A stretch of 64,000 nt of DNA from a virus (IMGVR_UViG_3300020159_001897:2399-66398), one strand, 5' to 3'. Counted from the stretch's first letter, positions 1 to 10,939 are shown. Translations and numbers: made by a program. The notes: a model not told the origin generated them from the sequence alone.

Positions 1-1180
1 TTCCAGAGATATCTGCGGATAGCGTCAGCGGTATCTCTTTTGACAATGTTACTGGCTCCGTTGTCTGTATTTCACCGTCAGAAGAAACTGCTGCCCAAAT
101 ATTATTGTTATACGCTATATCAAAAATTTCACCACTGCTTGCAGCAAGAGTTCTTGTAGTCCAAACTATTCCGTCCGTTGATGTTCTTGCTTGACCATTT
201 CCAACAGCAGTCCATATATTATTAGCATAAACGATTGAGCGTATTGAGTAACCATTAAATGTTGAATTACGGGTTGTCCATGTTGTACCGTCGGTTGAGG
301 TACGGAGTTGACCATAAACTCCAGAAGCAATCCATATGCCATTGCCGTAAACAACATTGTTTATGTTCGTGGAACCAAAGTTTGAGGTTCTGGTGGTCCA
401 AGTAGTTCCGTCAGTTGATGTACGGAGTTGGCCAGCATAGCCAGCAGCAACCCAGAGGTTGTTGCCGTATGCAACTGTTTGAATCTGTGTAGCACCAAAG
501 TTTGATGTCCTGGTTGTCCAAGTAGTTCCGTCTGTGGAGGTGCGGATTTGACCAGCCCTTGCAGCAGCAACCCAAAGGTTGTTGCCGTAAGCAACTTCAC
601 GAATATGTGTATTACCAAAGTTTGATGTTCTGGTGGTCCATGTAATTGTGTCGGTTGAAGTGCGGATTTGACCATTGTTTCCAGCAGCAACCCAAAGGCT
701 GTTACCGTAGGCGACGGAGTTAATCTGTGTATTACCAAAGTTTGAATTAAATAAATAGTCCCATGTCAATCCATCCGTTGAAGAATACATTTGAGTTCCA
801 AAACTGGAATTATAATATCCAGCAGCGACCCATAGGTTGTTGCCGTATGCAACTGTGTATATAGGAACATTGCTGAAATTAGAAGAAACCCTAGTTGTCC
901 AAGTTACTCCTCCAGTTCCAACCTGATATTCATCTTCAGGAATTGATATTTCCCCATACTTTGTGAAGTCTGCTGTAGTTCCGTTGTGTAGAACAAGCAC
1001 CTTTGCAATCTCGTACCTAGAACCTTGCTTTACTTTTACCGTAAACTCTGCAGTATCTGAATCTGCAAGCAGGAATGACGATATGGTCGTAGCAGTATTT
1101 GCCGTTAGCGTTGTTTCTGTGATTTCACTAACATTGTCTGCGACAATATTCTTGCCGACTACAAAATTTTTCTCAGCCAT
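1..1180 (-). CDS. Beta-propeller (Asp-box/BNR-like repeat) fibre-associated protein, truncated at the window edge; paralog of the C-terminus of 1182..7430
   Basis: Absent from the ORF track. Read manually from ATG at 1180 (MAEKNFVVGK...), open to position 2. Has ~39-aa repeats WTTRTSNFG..I.SVAYGNNLWVA.G..GQ.RTSTDG.T. Confidence 0.85.
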   Translation of the reverse strand, partial: MAEKNFVVGKNIVADNVSEITETTLTANTATTISSFLLADSDTAEFTVKVKQGSRYEIAKVLVLHNGTTADFTKYGEISIPEDEYQVGTGGVTWTTRVSSNFSNVPIYTVAYGNNLWVAAGYYNSSFGTQMYSSTDGLTWDYLFNSNFGNTQINSVAYGNSLWVAAGNNGQIRTSTDTITWTTRTSNFGNTHIREVAYGNNLWVAAARAGQIRTSTDGTTWTTRTSNFGATQIQTVAYGNNLWVAAGYAGQLRTSTDGTTWTTRTSNFGSTNINNVVYGNGIWIASGVYGQLRTSTDGTTWTTRNSTFNGYSIRSIVYANNIWTAVGNGQARTSTDGIVWTTRTLAASSGEIFDIAYNNNIWAAVSSDGEIQTTEPVTLSKEIPLTLSADISG

Positions 1181-1181
1181 G

Positions 1182-4100
1182 TTATTCCTCCACCAGTGTC
1201 TTTAGAACTTTTGCTGTTGCTGTAGTCGTTGCGGCATCCGTAATGGTTGCGCGGAGTCGCACATCTGAGCCTGAAATATCTGCTGACAGGGTAAGCGGGA
1301 TTTCTGCCGATTCAGTGGTGACTGTTAAGGTGCGCATTACGCCACCGTATCCAGCGGCAACAAAGAGGTTGTTGCCGTAAGCAACAGAGATGGGGGAATA
1401 ATTTCCAAAGTTTGATGTGCGAGTGGTCCATGTAATGGCGTCTGTTGATGTACGGATACGAGTACCAGTTCCAACAGCGACCCACAGGTTATTGCCGTAG
1501 GCAACTGAGTTGATGTTGTAGGAACCAAAGTTTGAGGTTCTGGTTGTCCAGGTAATTGTGTCGGTTGAAGTGCGGATTTGACCATTGTTTCCAACAGCGA
1601 CCCACAGGCTGTTGCCGTAGGCGACGGAGCGGATGTTTGTATTTCCAAAGGTTGATGTGCGTGTGGTCCAAGTAATTGCGTCTGTTGAAGTGCGAATATT
1701 ACCGCCGTACCCAACAGCAACCCACAGGCTGTTTCCGTAGGCGATTGAGCGGATTTGTGTACTGCCAAAGTTTGGGGTTCTTGTGGTCCAAGTAGTTCCG
1801 TCCGTAGAACTACGAAGTTCTCCATCGCGAGTACCAGCGACCCACAGGTTGTTGCCGTAGGCAACTGAGTTGATTGGATTGTAATTACCAAAGTTTGAAG
1901 TTCGGGTTGTCCAGGTGATTGCATCTGTGGAGGTGCGGAGTGTTGAAGCAGTGGCTAAATCACCGCCAACAGCGACCCACAGGTTGTTGCCATAGGCAGC
2001 GGAGCGGATGCTGTAACCACCAAAGTTTGATTCTCGGGTTGTCCATGTTGTACCGTCGGTGGAGGAACGGAGTTGTCCCATACTTGCGCCAGCAACCCAA
2101 ATATTGTTTCCATAGGCAACGGAGAAGATGTTGTGATAAAATTCAAAGTTTGGTGTACGAGTTGTCCATGTTCCCAAGGTTGTTTCCACTGCAGCAATTG
2201 ACAATTCTCCATACTTTGTAAAGTCAGCAGTAGTGCCGTTGTGAAGAACCAATACTTTGTTTGAAAGGAACCTACTGCCTTGTTCTACCTTTACAGTAAA
2301 TTCGGCAGCATTTGCTACATCTTTGTCAAATGAGGCAATAGTTGTTTCTGTATTAGCGGTGATAGATGTTGTAGTTGGTGCAGTCGCTCCGCCAGTAGCA
2401 GCGGCGGCAACCCATGCGCTAGATGCAGAGACATAAGTAAGTACCTGTCCATCGGTTGGGGTCGGTGCGTTAACATTCCCAATGTCATCAAGTGCATTGA
2501 TTGTTGGAACTGCCGCTGGAACCCATGCAGAGGACGCAGAGACATACTTGAGGAACTGTCCGTCGGTTGGTGATGGAGCAGTAACATTGCTGAGGTCGTC
2601 AAGTGTTGCGTTGAGGGCAACGCTTGCAGACGAACCTTCTCCAGGAGTATGTGAGATGGTGATTCCCGTACCCGAAACAACATCAGCAACATAGTTTCCT
2701 GTTGTATCAGTACCGAGCGCGACGCTATTTGCTGCGATAGTTGCAGTGATTGATGCGTTAGCGGAGCCGTTGAACGAAACCGAACCAGTTACATCGCCAG
2801 TTAACTCAATTGTGCGTGATGTGGCAAGTGCTGTTGCAGTGTCTGCGTTTCCAGTGACATTTCCGATGAGTGGAGCACTTACAGCCGCAAATTGTACCGA
2901 TGAGGAGGTGCCAACGGCTTGTCCAATCGCTACTGTAGGGCTTGAACCCTCCCCAGGGGTGTGAGTTACCGTTACACCAGTTCCAGCAGTCAAATCTGAA
3001 ACATAGTTTCCAACAGTGTCTGTTCCGAGGTTGATTGGGTCGTTAATCCATACAGCACCGTTGTACTTGAGGAAGTCTCCAGCGGCAGCAGTTGATGCAG
3101 ATACGTCTGTAATATCATCTAGAAAATTGATTGCTATTGTACTTATATCTGTTTCGGTAGCAATATCTACATATGTGCTTCCGTCTTCAGTTAGTTCCCA
3201 CTTGTCGCTTGACTCATTCCAGCGAACTGACACATTTGACGATGTTCCGCGCTCAACTTCAATTCCAGCATTCGTGGTTGGTGAGCCAGTGACATTGCTA
3301 TTGAGAACAACAATATTGTCCTCAATTGCAAGAGTCTCTGTATTGAGCGTAGTCGTTGTTCCGTTTACCGTAAGGTTCCCACCAACTGTTACATCGCCAG
3401 TTGTATCAACTTTTGCAAAGGTTACTGAAGCACTAGTTGCTACGGATTGACCAATAGCAACAGTTGGGCTTGAGCCCTCAGCAGGGGTATGGGTAATCGT
3501 GACACCAGTACCAGCGGTCAAATCGTTGACATAGTTTCCAGTTGTGTCAGTACCGAGAGCCACTGAGTTTGGCTGAATCGTTGCCGAGATGGATACATCA
3601 CTTGTTCCGTTAAAGGACACTGAACCCGATACATCGCCAGTTAGCGAAATGTTGCGCGCACTCTGCAATGCTGTTGCTGTTGCAGCGTTTCCAGTCGTAG
3701 AACCAGAACTACCAGTGATATTTCCTGTGACATTTCCTGTTACATCTGCTGCAACATGAGCAAAAGTTACGGAGGCGCTGGTTGCTACTGACTGGCCGAT
3801 TGCTACAGTCGGATTAGAGCCTTCTCCAGGTGTATGGGTGATTGTTACACCAGTCCCACCTGTTAGGTCGTTAACATAGTTGCCAGTTGTGTCGGTTCCA
3901 AGTGAAACTGAGTTGGGCTGAATTGTTGCAGCAATTGATGCGTTTGCTGAGCCGTTGAAGGACACTGAACCAGTTACATCACCCGTCAACTCAATTGTGC
4001 GCGATGTGGCGAGAGTTGTTGCGGTGTCCGCATTTCCAGTCACATTTCCAATGAGCGGTGCGGTTACGGCGGCAAATTGTACCGAGGATGAAGTTCCTAC

Positions 4101-7100
4101 GGCCTGACCGATTGCAACCGTTGGACTTGAACCCTCACCTGGGGTGTGCGTTACAGTAACGCCCGTTCCAGCGGTCAAATCGTTGACATAGTTTCCAGTC
4201 GTGTCTGTTCCAAGAGCAATGTTTCCGTTCGTTGCAATTACTGAATATGCCGAACCATCATTGGTGGTTTCCCACTTATCGGTTGATTCGTTCCAGCGCA
4301 GAACAACATTTGCCGAGTCGCCTCGCTCTACTTCGATGCCAGCATTGGTTGCTGGTGAGCCAGTAACATTGCTATTGAGAACAACAATGTTGTCCTCAAT
4401 CGCCAGTGTCTCTGTGTTCAGTGTCGTTGTCGTTCCGTTTACTGTCAGGTTTCCGCCAACGGTAATGTCGCCAGTTGTATCAACTTTCGCAAAAGTTACA
4501 GATGCCGAGGTTCCAACCGCTTGACCGATGGCTACCGTAGGGCTTGAACCTTCTCCTGGCGTGTGGGTTATAGAAACACCAGTGCCCGCTGTTAGGTCAT
4601 TGACGTAATTGCCTGTCGTGTCTGTTCCAAGGGCAATGGTTCCACTCAGTGCAATCGTTCCGCTTGCGTCTGGAAGGCTTACTGTTCTATCGGCAGTTGG
4701 GTTGACAACGGTAAGTACTGTTTCAAACTCATCTGTTGTTGAACCCTCAAATGTAATAAAATGTGGTTCTGGAAGATAGATACCATGAATTCTCGGAGTA
4801 CCACCAGTGGCAGTAATTTCTGGTCCATTAATCGTTGGTGTAGTCAGGGTCTTATTGGAAAGAGTTTGAGTCGTGTCTGTTCCAACAAGAGTTGTTGATG
4901 CATCAGGCAGAGTAATAGTTCTGTCCGCTGTTGGGTCTGTCACTGAAAGAGTTGTTTCAAACTCGTTAGCAGTTGCACCTTCAAAAACAATACTTCCATT
5001 GAGATTTAAACCAGCAAAGGTTGGAGAAACAGATGCTGATACATCTTGTCCGATTGCAATTGTTGGAGTTGCAGTTTCGCCAGAGTTATTGGTTAGCGTG
5101 ACACCAGTACCAGCAACAAGTGAGGATACATAGTCGCCACTTGTATCTGTTCCAAGAGCGACGGAGTTAGGCTGAATAGTTGCCGAAATGCTTACATCGG
5201 ATGAGCCATTGAATGAAACAGAGCCGCTGACATCTCCACCCAAAGAGATTGTTCGTGGATTTTCAAGGGTTGTGGCTGTAGAAGCATTACCGACCAATGG
5301 CGCGGTAACCGCAGCGAATTGTACCGATGATGAAGTTCCAACCGCTTGACCGATTGCGATAGTTGGGCTTGAGCCTTCACCAGGAGTATGTGTAACCGAA
5401 ACGCCAGTTCCAGCAGTCACATCATTGACGTAATTACCAGTTGTGTCTGTTCCGAGTGTAACCGAGTTTGGCTGAACCGTTGCAGTGATATCGACATTCG
5501 CTGAGCCGTCGAACGAAACAGAACCAGATACATCTCCGCTCAATGCAATAGTGCGCGGTGTCTTTAGTGCCGAGGAGGTGCTTGAGTTTCCTACAAGTTC
5601 TGCAGTAACAGCAACGAATTGAACCGAAGCAGATGTCTCTACATCTTGTCCGACTGCAATGTTCTTGTAGGTGTTTCCGTCTTCGGTTAGTTCCCAACTG
5701 TCTGTTGATTCATTCCAGCGAACTGAAACATTCGCGGAATCTCCACGCTCGACTTCAATGCCAGCATTAAGTGCTGGGGAGCCAGTTGCATTTGAGTTCA
5801 GAACAACAATGTTGTCTTCAACTGAAAGTGTTTCTGTATTGAGAGTTGTCGTGGTTCCATTGACGGTTAGATTTCCGCCAACAGTGACATCGCCAGTGGT
5901 GTCAACTTTTGCAAAGGTGACAGAAGCAGATGTTGCTACATCTTGTCCGATAGAAATTGTTGGAGTAGCGGTCTCTCCGCTATTGTTGGCAAGGCTTACA
6001 CCAGTTCCTGCAACCAATGAGGAAACATAATCTCCGCTTGTATCTGAACCAAGTGAAACGCTATTCGCGCCGATTGTTGTAGAGATGTCAACATTGCCAG
6101 TTCCGTTAAACGAAACGGAGCCTGAAACATCTCCGCTAAGAGCAATTACTCTTGCGGTCTGTAGTGCTGTTGCGGTATCTGCGTTGCCAGTGACATTGCC
6201 AGTCAGTGGTGCGGTGACAGCGGCGAATTGTACCGATGAGGAAGTGCCTACAGCCTGACCAATTGCGATTGTCGGGCTAGAGCCTTCGCCAGGTGTGTGA
6301 GTAACGGTTACACCTGTACCAGCAGTTACATCATTGACATAGTTGCCAGTAGTATCGGTTCCAAGTGCAACGCTGTTCGGCTGAACGGTAGCGGAGATTG
6401 ATACATCTGATGCTCCATTAAATGAAACAGAGCCAGAAACGTCACCAGTAAGAGCGATTGTTCTTGGTGTCTGCAATGTGGACGCAGTGCTTGCGTTTCC
6501 ATCAAGTGGGGCGGTTACCTTTGCAAATTGCACAGATGCGCTTGTGGCAACATCTTGCCCAATCGCGATGCTCGCACTTGAGCCTTCACCTGGAGCGTGC
6601 GTTACGGTAACGCCAGTTCCAGAAACAACATCATTTACATAGTTTCCAGTTGTGTCGGTGCCGAGGGAAACCGAGTTTGGTTGGACTGTTGCGGTAATTG
6701 TTACGTTCGTTGAACCATCAAATGAAGCAGACCCAGACACATCTCCCGCAAGAGAAATTGCCCTTGATGTTTCAAGCGTACTTGCTGTGTCGGCATTTCC
6801 AGTGAGGTCACCAACGAAGTTTGCACTTCCACTAACTCCAATTCCGCCAGAAAAAGAAATGTTTGTTCCGTCACTGGTTATTTCGGCGCCGCCAAGGTTG
6901 ATTGTCGTACCCGACAGATAGATGTCACGGAAGCGAGCAGAAGCGGAACCCAGGTCATATGCTTCGTTTGTATTTGGGATAACACTCCCGCCAACATTTG
7001 TCTGACCATTAACTGTCAGTTGTCCAAAAGTAACCGAGGCAGAAGTTCCAACCGCTTGTCCGATTGCAACTGTCGGCGTGGCACCTTCACCAGAGTTATT

Positions 7101-7430
7101 TGAAAGCGTGACGCCAGTTCCAGCAGTTAGGCTCTGAACGTAGTCACCGACCGTGTCGGTAGAAAGGTTTACTGGGTCATTAATCCAGGCCGAAGCAGAA
7201 CTGCTATAGCGCAGGAAGTCGCCATTTTGGAGGCTGGTAATAGTTACATCGCCGACCGAATTAAGGGTTAAGGTTTCAGAATAATAGTCAGTCGAGTTCC
7301 AGAGTGCGCCAGTACCAAGTTTTAGTTTTTTGGTATCTAGTTCCATGCCCCATTCGCCAGCGGCAAGGGTCGGGTTGGCAGCGGTCCACGCAGAGGCATT
7401 AGCCCTCTTGATTTGAATTTTAACGCTCAC
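1182..7430 (-). CDS. Long tail fibre / adhesin protein (2082 aa)
   Basis: N-terminus KIQIKRANASAWTAANPTLAAGEWG is Mtd/hyaluronidase N-terminal-like. Many T.RTI.L.GDVSGSVSF.G fibre repeats. C-terminal beta-propeller repeats. Confidence 0.85.
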   Translation of the reverse strand: MSVKIQIKRANASAWTAANPTLAAGEWGMELDTKKLKLGTGALWNSTDYYSETLTLNSVGDVTITSLQNGDFLRYSSSASAWINDPVNLSTDTVGDYVQSLTAGTGVTLSNNSGEGATPTVAIGQAVGTSASVTFGQLTVNGQTNVGGSVIPNTNEAYDLGSASARFRDIYLSGTTINLGGAEITSDGTNISFSGGIGVSGSANFVGDLTGNADTASTLETSRAISLAGDVSGSASFDGSTNVTITATVQPNSVSLGTDTTGNYVNDVVSGTGVTVTHAPGEGSSASIAIGQDVATSASVQFAKVTAPLDGNASTASTLQTPRTIALTGDVSGSVSFNGASDVSISATVQPNSVALGTDTTGNYVNDVTAGTGVTVTHTPGEGSSPTIAIGQAVGTSSSVQFAAVTAPLTGNVTGNADTATALQTARVIALSGDVSGSVSFNGTGNVDISTTIGANSVSLGSDTSGDYVSSLVAGTGVSLANNSGETATPTISIGQDVATSASVTFAKVDTTGDVTVGGNLTVNGTTTTLNTETLSVEDNIVVLNSNATGSPALNAGIEVERGDSANVSVRWNESTDSWELTEDGNTYKNIAVGQDVETSASVQFVAVTAELVGNSSTSSALKTPRTIALSGDVSGSVSFDGSANVDITATVQPNSVTLGTDTTGNYVNDVTAGTGVSVTHTPGEGSSPTIAIGQAVGTSSSVQFAAVTAPLVGNASTATTLENPRTISLGGDVSGSVSFNGSSDVSISATIQPNSVALGTDTSGDYVSSLVAGTGVTLTNNSGETATPTIAIGQDVSASVSPTFAGLNLNGSIVFEGATANEFETTLSVTDPTADRTITLPDASTTLVGTDTTQTLSNKTLTTPTINGPEITATGGTPRIHGIYLPEPHFITFEGSTTDEFETVLTVVNPTADRTVSLPDASGTIALSGTIALGTDTTGNYVNDLTAGTGVSITHTPGEGSSPTVAIGQAVGTSASVTFAKVDTTGDITVGGNLTVNGTTTTLNTETLAIEDNIVVLNSNVTGSPATNAGIEVERGDSANVVLRWNESTDKWETTNDGSAYSVIATNGNIALGTDTTGNYVNDLTAGTGVTVTHTPGEGSSPTVAIGQAVGTSSSVQFAAVTAPLIGNVTGNADTATTLATSRTIELTGDVTGSVSFNGSANASIAATIQPNSVSLGTDTTGNYVNDLTGGTGVTITHTPGEGSNPTVAIGQSVATSASVTFAHVAADVTGNVTGNITGSSGSTTGNAATATALQSARNISLTGDVSGSVSFNGTSDVSISATIQPNSVALGTDTTGNYVNDLTAGTGVTITHTPAEGSSPTVAIGQSVATSASVTFAKVDTTGDVTVGGNLTVNGTTTTLNTETLAIEDNIVVLNSNVTGSPTTNAGIEVERGTSSNVSVRWNESSDKWELTEDGSTYVDIATETDISTIAINFLDDITDVSASTAAAGDFLKYNGAVWINDPINLGTDTVGNYVSDLTAGTGVTVTHTPGEGSSPTVAIGQAVGTSSSVQFAAVSAPLIGNVTGNADTATALATSRTIELTGDVTGSVSFNGSANASITATIAANSVALGTDTTGNYVADVVSGTGITISHTPGEGSSASVALNATLDDLSNVTAPSPTDGQFLKYVSASSAWVPAAVPTINALDDIGNVNAPTPTDGQVLTYVSASSAWVAAAATGGATAPTTTSITANTETTIASFDKDVANAAEFTVKVEQGSRFLSNKVLVLHNGTTADFTKYGELSIAAVETTLGTWTTRTPNFEFYHNIFSVAYGNNIWVAGASMGQLRSSTDGTTWTTRESNFGGYSIRSAAYGNNLWVAVGGDLATASTLRTSTDAITWTTRTSNFGNYNPINSVAYGNNLWVAGTRDGELRSSTDGTTWTTRTPNFGSTQIRSIAYGNSLWVAVGYGGNIRTSTDAITWTTRTSTFGNTNIRSVAYGNSLWVAVGNNGQIRTSTDTITWTTRTSNFGSYNINSVAYGNNLWVAVGTGTRIRTSTDAITWTTRTSNFGNYSPISVAYGNNLFVAAGYGGVMRTLTVTTESAEIPLTLSADISGSDVRLRATITDAATTTATAKVLKTLVEE

Positions 7431-8062
7431 TAGAACACTCCTCCGTCATAAACCGCTTCAACCATATTTGTAAGTTCTGCTTCATAAATATCTAAAAGGT
7501 CTGTTCCGCCATCAAGGTCTGTTACTGCAGAACTATTATCTTGGTTCACCCATATTGAGCCATTATATACTAATACCTGTCCTGTAGTTGGCGAGGCCAA
7601 CGAAACATCACCAATGTCATCAAGAGCGTTAATTGTTGGAACTGCTGCTGGAACCCACGCAGACGAAGCAGAAACATACTTCAAGAATTGCCCGTCTGAT
7701 GGAGAGGGAGCGACAACATCGCTTAGGTCGTCAATTGAGCCTACCGTGCTCGCAATTCCTGGGGAGAATTTTGTACCGTCAAACTTGAGTACATTTCCAA
7801 CCGAGGCGCTCGTCGTGTCAATCTCTATGTTGTCAACAAAAAGAACTGGTGTTTTAAATGTATCGTCAGTTCTTAGAACATTGGCTTCATCTCTGTATAG
7901 GTTTACATCCCCAGCAGCATCTCCAGGGCCCCATACGATTCTTCCGCCTGCTTCAAGTTTTAGCCTTGCATAAGTGTCTTGGTCAATATATACAGTAATG
8001 CCGTCTGAGCCAGGAGACGATAAGTTCCTAATCGTTACGGGTACTGTAAATTTTTGAGCCAT
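7430..8062 (-). CDS. Small fibre-associated virion protein
   Basis: Shares the L.DV..PSP.DGQFLKYVSASSAWVPAAVPTINALDDIG repeat with the long fibre. Start moved to MAQKF, behind GAGG. Confidence 0.7.
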   Translation of the reverse strand: MAQKFTVPVTIRNLSSPGSDGITVYIDQDTYARLKLEAGGRIVWGPGDAAGDVNLYRDEANVLRTDDTFKTPVLFVDNIEIDTTSASVGNVLKFDGTKFSPGIASTVGSIDDLSDVVAPSPSDGQFLKYVSASSAWVPAAVPTINALDDIGDVSLASPTTGQVLVYNGSIWVNQDNSSAVTDLDGGTDLLDIYEAELTNMVEAVYDGGVF

Positions 8063-8106
8063 GACCTCAGTCAATCTCTTGTATGAACCCCGCAGGGTTG
8101 TTTATA

Positions 8107-9810
8107 TTAGCCAGTTACAACAATAGTGTAGTCGTCAGCAGTAACTGTTCCGTTAATTACTACAGAGACTGTGTTCCCATTTGGGCGAGTCACATCAGCA
8201 AAAACTGTTGCGCCAGTCGCTCCAACTTCATAAACCTGAACAATCACATCCGTTGTTCCAAAGTTATGTGTAACAGTAGTAGTTGAAACACCAGCAATGC
8301 TTGCTGCACATCCTTGCTTTGCAATACGGGCAAGAACTGGAGTGCTCGTAGTTCCAGAAGTTGTAGCGGCAAGGTTTGCTCGTGCATCTGCTGCAGATGT
8401 TGCGGCGGTTCCACCATTTGCAATTGCGATTGTGCTGCCATTCCATGTACCAGTTGTGATGGTTCCGAGGGTGGTGATGCTGTCATCACCAACATAGGTG
8501 CTTGCCGATACTGCTGCTAGAACTGCGCTATAGGCCTGGACATTGGTGCCGATTGTTAGACCAAGAGTGTCTCGCATTGCAGAGGCATCTGCATCGTCCA
8601 AAAGCGCCCTTGCGGCCGAGGTAAAATCTGCGACAGATGCGCTTCCAGAACCAGTGAAGTATGGAAGTTTATTAGCAGCAGATGTCAAGCCAGCAATCGC
8701 TGCAAGTTCTGTATCATATGCCTGAACATCAACACCAATTTCAAGGTCAAGAGCAACTCTTGCATCTGCTGCCGTAGTTGAGCCAGTACCGCCATTTGTG
8801 ATTGGGAGGGCACCAGTAACAGCATCTGCGTCCGCAAGGTCTAAAGCACCCCAAGCAGCAGTTCCTGAACCAACCGAGCGAAGGACCTGACCAGCAGTTG
8901 CTGACGATTTAACAGCAAGGTCATCGTTTCCATCAACATAGATGGTTACATCGTCATCGTTAACATTGAGGGTGCTTCCGTCTTTCGACAGGCCGTCACC
9001 AGCAGTGATTTGACCAGTACCAGAGAACTGGGTGAAGAGGAGTGCAGTTGAGCCAACGGTTATTGAACCGTTTGTTGCAACTACAAATCCAGAGTCACCG
9101 TTTGCTGTACCTTCTTCAACGAATGTAAACGCGCCTGGTGTTACCTCTGCGTCCTCGTCAAAGTCTGCCGCACGAGTTGGTGCGCCTGATGCGTTAACAG
9201 TGTAAATACCGTTGTCTGCATGCGCTACACCACCAACGCCTTGGTCTTTGATAAGGATTCGGTTGCCAGTTGCAAGGGTTACACCGTCAATAATGCTTCC
9301 GTTATCTACATCAGTAGAGAGGTTTACGGTTGCAGTTGTGGCAGCGCGTACAGACTGCTTAACATCTAAGCCAGAGCGGGCTGAGTCAACATAGCCCTTG
9401 GTTGCCACATGTGATGCGTCTGTTGGTGTTCCAAACTTTGCCTGGCTGCTGGCATCGCGAATTACCAGTTTGCTTGCGGTTGCTTCTGAGGCTGCGTCGG
9501 CCAACTTTGAAAAGTCGGAAGCGGACATCAAACCAGCGCTTGCAGAACTTGCAAGGTTTGCCGTGATTGAAACTACACCATTTGCTTCATTGATTGTTAG
9601 CGCTGAAGACTGGGCTCCAGTAGAAGTTACCCCAGTAATCATCTTTCGCCATGCGGAGGCGGTAATATCGTAAACCTTAATAACACCTTCGGTGCTGTCG
9701 AAAATCATTCGACCATCGAATAGGTTAGTATTTGGCTCACTCGCCAGTACTTCAAAAGTACCCTTAATCAGTTGATTTTGATTAAGGTCTAAGTTTGTTA
9801 CGAATTTCAT
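8107..9810 (-). CDS. Fibre / head-decoration-like structural protein
   Basis: ATKGYVD, LDVKQSVRAATT..., NRILIKDQ...NGIY and LPITNGGTG motifs are typical of phage fibre proteins. GGAGG RBS. Confidence 0.7.
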   Translation of the reverse strand: MKFVTNLDLNQNQLIKGTFEVLASEPNTNLFDGRMIFDSTEGVIKVYDITASAWRKMITGVTSTGAQSSALTINEANGVVSITANLASSASAGLMSASDFSKLADAASEATASKLVIRDASSQAKFGTPTDASHVATKGYVDSARSGLDVKQSVRAATTATVNLSTDVDNGSIIDGVTLATGNRILIKDQGVGGVAHADNGIYTVNASGAPTRAADFDEDAEVTPGAFTFVEEGTANGDSGFVVATNGSITVGSTALLFTQFSGTGQITAGDGLSKDGSTLNVNDDDVTIYVDGNDDLAVKSSATAGQVLRSVGSGTAAWGALDLADADAVTGALPITNGGTGSTTAADARVALDLEIGVDVQAYDTELAAIAGLTSAANKLPYFTGSGSASVADFTSAARALLDDADASAMRDTLGLTIGTNVQAYSAVLAAVSASTYVGDDSITTLGTITTGTWNGSTIAIANGGTAATSAADARANLAATTSGTTSTPVLARIAKQGCAASIAGVSTTTVTHNFGTTDVIVQVYEVGATGATVFADVTRPNGNTVSVVINGTVTADDYTIVVTG

Positions 9811-9882
9811 CTAAAAACCTCCATAGCGGGTGCGCGCACCCCTAAGAATAGGCTTTTTTATGACTAGAGTGTGCGAAGGTAT

Positions 9883-10548
9883 TTAGGAAAGAAAGGCTTT
9901 TCCAGAGAATGCGCTGGTAAACGATACTGTCAGGCTGTTCTCGTTTATATAGGTAACTTCGCCAATCACATGAGAAAGAGCCGAGTCGACAATTGACACA
10001 TTCGGGTAAAATTTAAGATTATGAGTTATCGACCAGGTAGTAGCGGCTGCTCCCTGCGTATGCACATACTTGGATTTTGCTCTAACCTCTTCTATCGCCC
10101 CCTGAACCGTAGTTGAGGTTATTTCGCTGGTTGGAGTAAATGAAATAGTACTTGCCCCACCAATTCTGCTATCGACATATTCCTTTGTCGCGTAGTTATA
10201 GGTGACTATTGGTTCTGTATTTGGAACAACATCAGCCAGGTTAAATCTTCCGTTTAGAGAGTTGCTATTTAGGGTAAAAAAGTACTTGTTATACCCAGTT
10301 TCGTTTAGGCGCTCATTTACCTCATAGGTGACACCGTCTGGCTGTGTCGTAGCGTCATCGTTTGCATATAGATTAATCGAGATTGAGCCACTGTTATCAA
10401 GGGCAACAACTTGCTCTTGCGGCGTAATCGTTACATCTGTGCTGGCATCCCGCATTGGGGCGGTAAGCGTGAACGAGACTGAGCCACTTGCGGGCGCGCC
10501 AGTAGGAAGTAGGTATGTGCCAGAAACGGTTATGAGTGTAAAAGCCAT
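9883..10548 (-). CDS. Virion structural protein, baseplate/fibre-adaptor-like
   Basis: Position in the module, YATKEYVD motif, C-terminal W.ITHNL...P.V.IVD domain. Confidence 0.55.
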   Translation of the reverse strand: MAFTLITVSGTYLLPTGAPASGSVSFTLTAPMRDASTDVTITPQEQVVALDNSGSISINLYANDDATTQPDGVTYEVNERLNETGYNKYFFTLNSNSLNGRFNLADVVPNTEPIVTYNYATKEYVDSRIGGASTISFTPTSEITSTTVQGAIEEVRAKSKYVHTQGAAATTWSITHNLKFYPNVSIVDSALSHVIGEVTYINENSLTVSFTSAFSGKAFLS

Positions 10549-10550
10549 GA

Positions 10551-10937
10551 TTACGCCTTCTGGAATACATCAAGCGTTAGCGCATGATGAACAACATTGT
10601 CCTCTAATGATACTATCCTTTGGATATCAGAAACTCTCAGCCTGTAGATGTAAACATCTGAGTCAAACTGCCCAAGTCCATCCAATGCTGTGACCATTGA
10701 GTCGATAAGTGATGTATTTTCTGAAGCCCTATCTTGCCATAAATCAAACTGAACCATCCTGCGACGGGTTTTTACTAAACCGTCACCGATTATTTCTGGC
10801 ACATTTCTTAATTCATCGCTGTATGTAATATATGGTTTTGCCGTATTTGGTGGAGCAAAATCACGGAAGATACCAGTAATGCCAGCAAGGTTTGCTGCAA
10901 GCAAGCGGGTACGAATTGAACCTCCAACTGAAGCCAT
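10551..10937 (-). CDS. Tail terminator / tail completion protein (DUF3168-like)
   Basis: APPNTAKPYITY and VQFDLW motifs; follows the gp10-like gene. Confidence 0.7.
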   Translation of the reverse strand: MASVGGSIRTRLLAANLAGITGIFRDFAPPNTAKPYITYSDELRNVPEIIGDGLVKTRRRMVQFDLWQDRASENTSLIDSMVTALDGLGQFDSDVYIYRLRVSDIQRIVSLEDNVVHHALTLDVFQKA

Positions 10938-10939
10938 AA

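Noticed and set aside
1-2200. Diversity-generating retroelement acting on the propeller repeats
   Set aside because: There is no reverse transcriptase in the window. Differences between repeats are not adenine-specific, and both copies are coding.
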